From Trypethelium eluteriae (taxonomy: Eukaryota): 34,869 nucleotides of DNA. Numbering within the stretch: position 1 is the first letter of the stretch; each line of letters begins with the position of its first letter. The notes below the pieces were generated by a model. The model saw only the letters and a program-made list of their open reading frames with translations, had not been told where the DNA came from and searched no databases. Of the stretch, positions 25,476 to 34,869 are shown piece after piece. A program made the position numbers and the translations under genes. The stretch lies in assembly GCA_051942245.1 (NCBI GenBank), contig JAVECL010000223.1, positions 1-34,869 of the forward strand, given 5' to 3'.

Positions 25476-27818
25476 ATGTGGCATGAATCTCATTTTACAG
25501 CCTGGAGCAAATGATTATTCCATGATATATAGCGTGTTTCGCGGATTTCTTACTCCTTGCAATCGCCAACAGTACACGAAAGAATTTACCTTCCTCGGTT
25601 GGAGAAGCATCACGGCGTTGCCAGACTATCAGGATACAGACACTATTTTGAATCTCAATGTTTCCAAAAGCTGTGCTAGGGGCCATCTGTGAATACACTG
25701 TTGCGCAACTCGTCCTACCTCTGTGGCTGCTTGAGAACTGTGTGGCTAATTTCCACAGAACTACCGTCTTGGTTTCTGTAAATAAGTTTCCGACCCTGCT
25801 GTGATCTCTCGCAGAAGACCTAGCAAATAAAACTTCGTGTGAACGCATGCAGACGTGAACTGTCAAACAGCCAAGGTTGCATTCTCGACAGACTCATGGG
25901 ACTAGCGTAGAGGTAAATTGTCCGTAGAGTTTTGCTCTCTTGTTCCTTCAATCAGTATTAAATCCGAGTTGGGCGCTTCGGAACCTTTTCTACTTGAAAA
26001 GTTTTAAAAGCTTGAACGAACGACATTAGTACCTGCTGAAAGTAAGATCGATGAGAATAGTAGCGCGCCATGCAGGTGCTCACGAAAGTTTCGAAATAAT
26101 CAAGGCACGGCCGTTCCGAAGTGCAATGTGGGAAAGCTGTTCAATACCTGCATTGTGCCATTGCTAGGACCCAGCATCGATAGTACATTGACTAATATTC
26201 GAGATTAATGATGCATCGGTGAGTGACAGAATTCATAGGCTACAGGTCCTTGAGGCTCAAGTAACCAAATAGGGAACTCCCAGCTCTTATTCCAGAAGCA
26301 AGACATCCTACTTGAAAGGTAGCTCTTCGTGTCCTTCTTCTTTCTCCTAACTTTAATTCTCTTATATTAGAGTGAGTCGAAAGCCACCTTCCTGTGAATT
26401 TTTTACTACTGACTTCCGTAATCTCCAAAGGTAAGATAATGACTGATTGGGTATTCAATCGAATCTTCTCGGCCCATGAATTCTGGTATCCCTTGGCCTT
26501 GCGTACTTAGTAGTATGCTAAGTATGCAGAGGGCACAAACCCTACGCGGCCGAGCCGATCTGGTTATATGCAAAAATAGCACTGTTCGCCCGGTTGCCGC
26601 ACTCGTCCGTTTTCTCCCGTGGATTTGTAACACGCCAAGCCGGGGCAGGCTGGCTTTTTGGGCACCTAATCACTGAGGGCTGTCTCGATATTTGATAGTG
26701 ATCGTATGCTTATAACTATCAAGGACAATTTTCAATCGTAAATAAGTCCAGAAAACGGCGATTGAAGAATATTTGTGACATGTTAGCTCGGTTTTATTTC
26801 TTCATACTTAAGGTACCCTACTAGTAGCTTGTAGATGTCGGTAACCCTGGCACGCCTGGCTGGGATCTTTTTTCCAACCTCGCGGCCATGAGGACTTCCT
26901 CAATGCGATAGAGCCTTTCAAAGACGTTCCTCCCACACGGGCAGCAACACCTGCTGTCTTATCTTGAGCAATCAGTTAAGGCACTCTAATTGATCACGCT
27001 GTTGCCAATGTGATTGACCGCCATGGTCAAACATGGCGAGCTTCAGAAAGCAGATGGCGATTGCCAATGCGCAGATTTTGGGTCCGTAATCAACTTCTTC
27101 CACCCACTACCTACCATATTCTGATGCGTATCTTAGTGACCATGCAGGCGAAGGATAGAGTTGAATGCCTAGCAAAGGAGTAACTTGGCCGTAGGATAGA
27201 AAGCTAGAGGGAATTGTTGCATAGGGGAATGTGGCGAGCGCTATAACCTTCCCTTCCAAAGAAGCATGATTGAAAGGCGACAGGGCATCCTAGCTTACTA
27301 GCAGTGTTCGGCTTGTGAAAGGCATGATTCACTTCCGTCCAATTCTGGTGTTCGGATTCACGGAGGGTGGAACGGTGTGTTGCGTGAGGTCCCCTGACAC
27401 ACACCAGATGGCTACAAACAGAGTACCTTAATCTCTTCACTTGTGGGCAGTCCTTGTGATAAAGGTGGGGCATCGATGGCAGAAACTTCTAGCAAGCAGC
27501 GAGCGGCTGGCAAACCTTTCACTCTTTCCTTTCATGCAGGAGCATCGATCCAAAGCACTCAAAATACTCGTGACCTGCATCCAGGACACTCCTGTTTGAA
27601 GAGCGAGGATTATCATCGCATCAAGGAATTCGATTCCATTCAGAGAAGTGCCCTAAACCTGGACATCACCCGAGTCTCTTGAACCCGCTGTTTGGCGAGG
27701 ATTTCTGGATTCGTATTTCCTCAAGGTGCCAGCTTGCTCCTGCCTTTTTTGAGGGACAGTGCCTGAATCTGCTCGTCACGTTGACGTAAGGGCGCACAAC
27801 TGCCCGCTCGGATCTACT

Positions 27819-30800
27819 ATGGACGACAATCTGCGTCAATCGGCGAGTGGTGGAGGCCCGTCAAAAGTGAGCGGTTTTAGGGCCTACTCCGTGGCTAACA
27901 GGATCTAACATAACCAAGCGAGGTATCAAGGAGACAGATGAGCTTTCTGGTGATCGTCAGGAGGCTTTTACCGACCCTGTGCCAAGGGCCATTGACAATG
28001 CAACCATGTCAAGAGAGGCAAACTCCAAAACAGAAATTTACAACTACGCTGCCAAGTTTGGGACGATCCCTGAATTCGAGACGCGAGCGACCAGAAGCGA
28101 ATCGAAGCGAATAGTAAAAGTAACCATCAGAATTGTGGATCTTGGAATAGAAGCCACTGCGACTGGGACTGGTTTATTGCAAGCCGAAGTTGGGGCGGCC
28201 TTACAATTCAAACAGATCATTGAACAACAGAAAAGAGCAGAACCCGGTGAACCCTCAAAGGTCCTCTCGACCGAGACTGCAGAGAAATTCATGGAATTTT
28301 ATAAAGCCTTGCATAAAGATGGACATTGTCAGGTCTCCCTGAAAACAAGGTCAGAAGTGTCAGTAACGAATGATTTGAAGGATAGGGATCTTTTCCTTTA
28401 CACTGCTGCTGTGCTCATCAACGGCCGAAAAGTTGGTCGAGAAGTGTATTTCAATTCTCCGAAGAAAGCTAAAGCTGCCGCATATCTTACGGCTGCTTTG
28501 ACTCTCATCAGACAAACTCCGCTCTTGCTCAAACGCTTTCAGCAACAATCCCCGCAGAGCATTAGGCCAGTTCTCGAGCCCATTGGGCCTAGGCAGAGAA
28601 ATAGGTCAGCTGTCAAGCCCATCGGCCCTATCGACGTCCATCTTGATCTGGAGACCTGGAATATTATCCGCGATGCATGTCAGTCATCCCATGTTTCGGA
28701 GATATTACGAACAGCGAGGCATTTATCCGACAGCGTGGAGAAGCAATCCGCGCCACATGATCGACCTCGAGCGCGCCTCACAGATTGGAACATTGGACAG
28801 CGGAATGCATTGCACAAGAAGTGGCACGACGAACTAGAGAAGAGGGATGACTTGGCGGAGATGCATCGAAAGAAGGCCGAACTTCCTGTAAGGCAGCTTG
28901 CCGCTGAGATACTCGGGATGGTCGAAAACAATCTTTACAGTATCATTGTGAGTGCCACTGGGAGTGGGAAAACTACACAGGTTTCGCAGCTGCTGTTGGA
29001 ACAAGCAGCCAACTCAGGACAAGGAGCTAGATGCAATATCATTTGTACACAACCACGGAGAATAGCTGCCAAATCCGTTGCGCAAAGGGTGGCCTTTGAG
29101 CGTCGAGAATCATTGCAAAATAGTGTTGGATATCAAATCCGATTTGACTCAAAACCTCCCATTTTCGGTGGCAGTATAACGTACTGCACCACAGGCATCC
29201 TCCTTGCACAATTAGAGGGCGATGGGACGGCAGCCTTGGATGACTTGTCTCATATTATCCTTGATGAGGTGCACGAACGCGATATACTCATTGACTTCCT
29301 CATGGTCGTCCTCAAGAAGAATATGACAATGAGGCAGCAAGCAGGTCAAAGCGTCCCAAAGGTTGTGTTGATGAGCGCCACTATCGACACCCAATTGTTC
29401 AGCGATTACTTCCCACGTGTTTCGGCAGATGGCACAACCTCGCCGTGTCCTTCTATATCGGTACCTGGACGACTGTTCCCTGTGCGAGAGCATTTCATTC
29501 ACGAAATTCTTTCTGATCTCCGAGAGCTTTACGGCTCGGAGTTCGACTCGTTGGTCCGTACGGACGCGCCAACTTCGAAATTCCTTAAAGTCGAAGAGAG
29601 ATATAATAGGAATAGTGCGATAGAAAGGCAACGGCAGAATCCACTGTCTACTGATCGGACACACTGCCAGCATGCGTCAGATGACAAGGGTTGGTCCATC
29701 GACAACGAGGCGGAGGATGCCCTCATTCCCATACACCTAATTGGAGCAGTGATTGCCTACATTGTCAATGAATCGTCAAAGGGTGCAATCCTGGTATTCA
29801 TGCCGGGTCTTGATGAGATATTGAAAGTAGAAAAATTATTGCGTCACCAACCGATTTTTGGTGTGGATTTTGCGCGGTCACAGTTCAAAATCATGCTGCT
29901 CCATTCTAGCCTGCACGACGGCCAGAATGAAGTCTTTGATCCGGTACCTCCAGGTTGTCGAAAAATCATTCTGGCTACGAATATTGCGGAGACCTCCATA
30001 ACCATACCAGATGTCCAGTCCGTGGTGGATACCGGAAAGCTGCGCGAAAATCAGTACAGTCATCTGCAGCATATTACAAGGCTGCTTACCAAATGGGAAA
30101 GCAAGTCCAATGTAAAGCAAAGAGCTGGAAGAGCTGGAAGAGTCGAGCGTGGACATTATTTTGGTCTTTTTTCTCGGGCTAGATACGAGTCGTTTCCTGA
30201 GACCGGAGTGCCGGAATTGCTTCGTTCAGACCTTCAGAGCATATGCTTGTCTGTCAAAGTGCAGGCTAGGAACACGTCAATCCAGAGCTTTTTGGCTGAT
30301 GCCCTTCAGCCTCCGACTTCGGAGGCCGTCGAAGCCTCTGTCAAGGCCTTACAAGACATGCAAGCATTGACTAAAACCGAGCATCTGACGCCGCTCGGCA
30401 AGGTTCTGGCTCAACTGCCTGTTCATCCCAGACTTGGGAGGATCATTATATTGAGCATCATCTTCCAATGCCTAGACCCTATACTTATCGCAGGCGCAGC
30501 GGATGAGGAACGGCCCCTCTTTGTTCGCCCACTTGAGGCGCGGGCAGCTGCTACTCAAGCTCAAGCAGAATTCTATGAAGGTACTGGAAGCGATCAGATT
30601 GCTCTCATCAACGCTTTTCGTGACCTGCGGCAGATGCGGGACGAGAAAGGAAAAAAAGCGGCGGAAACGTGGGCAAGACAGAAATACATCCATCTTGGCG
30701 CCTTCACAGCGATAGATCAGACCAGTCAACAGATCGAAGATATCCTTGTGGAAGCTGGTTTGATACCTCGGACGCCTCCTTACCGGCGAGAAAACTCGGA

Positions 30801-31414
30801 GCTTGGGCCTCCAGAGTTGAATGAAAATGCTGGCAGTGTTTCTCTCGTCAAGGGACTCTTTGTGGCTGGATACCGTCCGAATCTTGCTGTCCAATCTCGC
30901 GGAGTCACCCTGAAGACACCTTCTGAGCAAAATGCAATAATCCACCCTGGCTCTATAAACAAGAAAAGGGGGCCGAAGGGCAATGTCCCTGACTCCATCT
31001 TTACATACGCCAGTATGGTCAAGAGTACGGGTGATAGAGCTATCCATCTGCGGGACACAACTATAACGACACCGCTAATTGCTTTGCTGTTTGGTGGAGG
31101 AAAGCTTAAGAAGGGAGGGGCTGGAATCGTCGAGATGGATGAGTGGGTGCGCTTCTATGCGCCTTGGGATCTGATGCAGTTTCGGGACTCGCTTGATGCA
31201 GTAAGTAACTGTTGTCCACAGACATCAACCGCATGTGCTGACACGAACATAGCTTTTCGTCAGCGTCTTTAACGATCTTGCAAACGTTAAGCAAAAGGGC
31301 GCTAAGCGTCTGGCAACCGATGCTCATCGCAATTATTTCGTGAGCGTGGTGACCCAAGTCCTCGTGCGTAATTCGGCCTATTATCGTGAACAGAAGGACG
31401 CCTCTCGTCATTAG
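27819..31414 (+). CDS. DEAH/RHA-family RNA helicase (DHX30/DHX36-like) with dsRBD-like N-terminal region
   Basis: Exons 27819-27866 (start uncertain), 27919-31200, 31253-31414, about 1163 aa. ATGSGKTTQ, TQPRRIAA, DEVH, SAT, ATNIAETSITIPDV, QRAGRAGR, HA2 (LTPLG...LPVHP), OB-like HPGSIN. Confidence 0.88.
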
Positions 31415-32460
31415 GACTGGGTACAGCAGCGTACCAAGCGGGCGATTGGAAGACTCTAGCTTCATTGAAAGTCAAATTCCTTGAAACAAGCACAGTCATC
31501 ACCCTTGTGAAATGGGTCGGGGGTGGAAAACTTTACTATAAGCAAACCAAGCAGATCCGAGATCACAGGCGGTTTCCCCAGGTCTGTGCTGTGCTATGAC
31601 ACTGCTAGAAATTCTTTCCTACATAAAGGCTGAGATGGCTGAGGTGGAGATTGCTGGGGTGACGATGGACGGTTCACGATTTCATCTTTGTAATTCCTCA
31701 CCATTTGAGCACGTCCCATCTTCTAATGCATTGCAAACGGAGATTGCTCACATGGCTGGACTGATTTTCTTCTACTTTGTATTAATAGAACAGGCAAATT
31801 CTCAATCGACAGTGCATACAACGAGGAAGAGGTGCAATAAAGAAATTTGAACTTCTATAAAATGACAGATCGTAGCGAGATTTTAGAAGGTCTTCACCGT
31901 GTTGATAGAATTGCATCAAGGCGTAGATGTTGCGTATCACGTCATTATTTCTTTCCGAGTGTCAGCGAATCGTTTTGAAAGGAAAGTGGACTTCGGCATT
32001 GGCCTAGTAAGCAACTGGTCCACAGGCATGCAAACGAAGTTGGAATTAGAGTGTAGAGAGTTGGGCCCGGGGTTTTACGTTGCAACTTGAAGTGCTTGGT
32101 TGAGCGGGTGCGCTACGACTGCTTTCTCTTGCATCATCATGCTCTAACGGAGGTGCGGAGCCACGAAACCCAGTTTCGAGCTACCTCTTGAGGAACCGTG
32201 CTTGCGCTTATATGGCTTTGGTGGCTTCCATCCGCTCAAGAGTCTCTGTTTGGACGCTTCCACTCTCCCAAACATAGCACAGGTCGAGGGCGACAGCAGT
32301 CTGGAAGGTGAGGGCAAAGCGCGACGAGCATCGCGGCAGCGGAAGAAGTGATTTGCACGATTTGCGAACGCCTGCTCCGGGCAGAACAGGGCAGGCTGAA
32401 GACCCCCGCACTACCAATCAGGGGTGAGGATCCGTCATCTTTGTCGCTGAGCAGCGGCGG

Positions 32461-32494
32461 AGCACCCAAGCACCCAAGCACCCACCAGCACCCG
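32461..32494 (+). repeat. Short tandem octamer repeat (AGCACCCA)x3 plus one variant, upstream of SKY1
   Basis: agcaccca agcaccca agcaccca cc agcacccg read directly from the sequence. Confidence 0.75.
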
Positions 32495-32818
32495 CCAGGT
32501 CCAGGGCACCAAAGTCGGCCAGCCCACCACTGTCCTCCAGTTCACCACCGTCTTCAGCCATACCAAACCACCTCTCCGTGCCATTGCCTGTGTCTTCGGC
32601 GCTTCTGCGCGACCTTACCCACACAACTTACCCGCCACTCTCCTTGCATCGCTTCGGCTGCCTCGACTCGTTGCCGCGCTGGAGACGAGTTTGCCGCGAA
32701 AACGTGGGGTGTTCCATGAGGCGTGCTTGTCGCATCGACCGACCCCAACAACAAGACGTCTTCATCACCATCGACAACGCGCCTCGCCTAGCCCCGCATC
32801 CGTTTCGGATTCTCCAAG

Positions 32819-34869
<2,051 letters not shown>

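Noticed and set aside
26461..26490. TTCTCGGCC resembling the 5' end of U2 snRNA
   Set aside because: The GTGTAGTA branch-pairing sequence and the rest of U2 are absent.
31415..32450. Short ORFs between the helicase and SKY1
   Set aside because: No motifs, codon bias or coherent splice model; consistent with terminator and promoter sequence.

Overview
Gene-dense, intron-containing chromosomal segment from a filamentous ascomycete (Pezizomycotina-type introns of about 45-90 nt with GTRAGT/GTATGT donors, CTRAC branch sites and YAG/AAG acceptors). I reconstructed 15 protein-coding genes by hand, mostly housekeeping. In order: 3' end of BRF1, a PHD-finger protein, a family III CoA-transferase, RIB5, HMT1, BUD13, an Atl1-type alkyltransferase-like gene that the ORF track misses entirely, a small hypothetical protein, an HSL-family hydrolase, a second hypothetical protein, an AFG2/Drg1-like AAA ATPase, SLH1/ASCC3, YKT6, a DHX30/36-like DEAH helicase and the 5' part of SKY1. 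I found no CRISPR array, transposon, tRNA, rRNA or secondary-metabolite cluster, and no clear novel multi-gene system. The best leads are: (i) a chain of back-to-back intron-like units plus hairpins in the ORF-less 25.5-27.8 kb gap; (ii) an apparently dead D1 ring in the AFG2-like ATPase; (iii) a GC-AG intron in YKT6; (iv) an out-of-frame uORF overlapping the SKY1 start; (v) Gcn4/CpcA-type sites upstream of an unknown small protein. All family assignments come from recognised motifs, not database searches.
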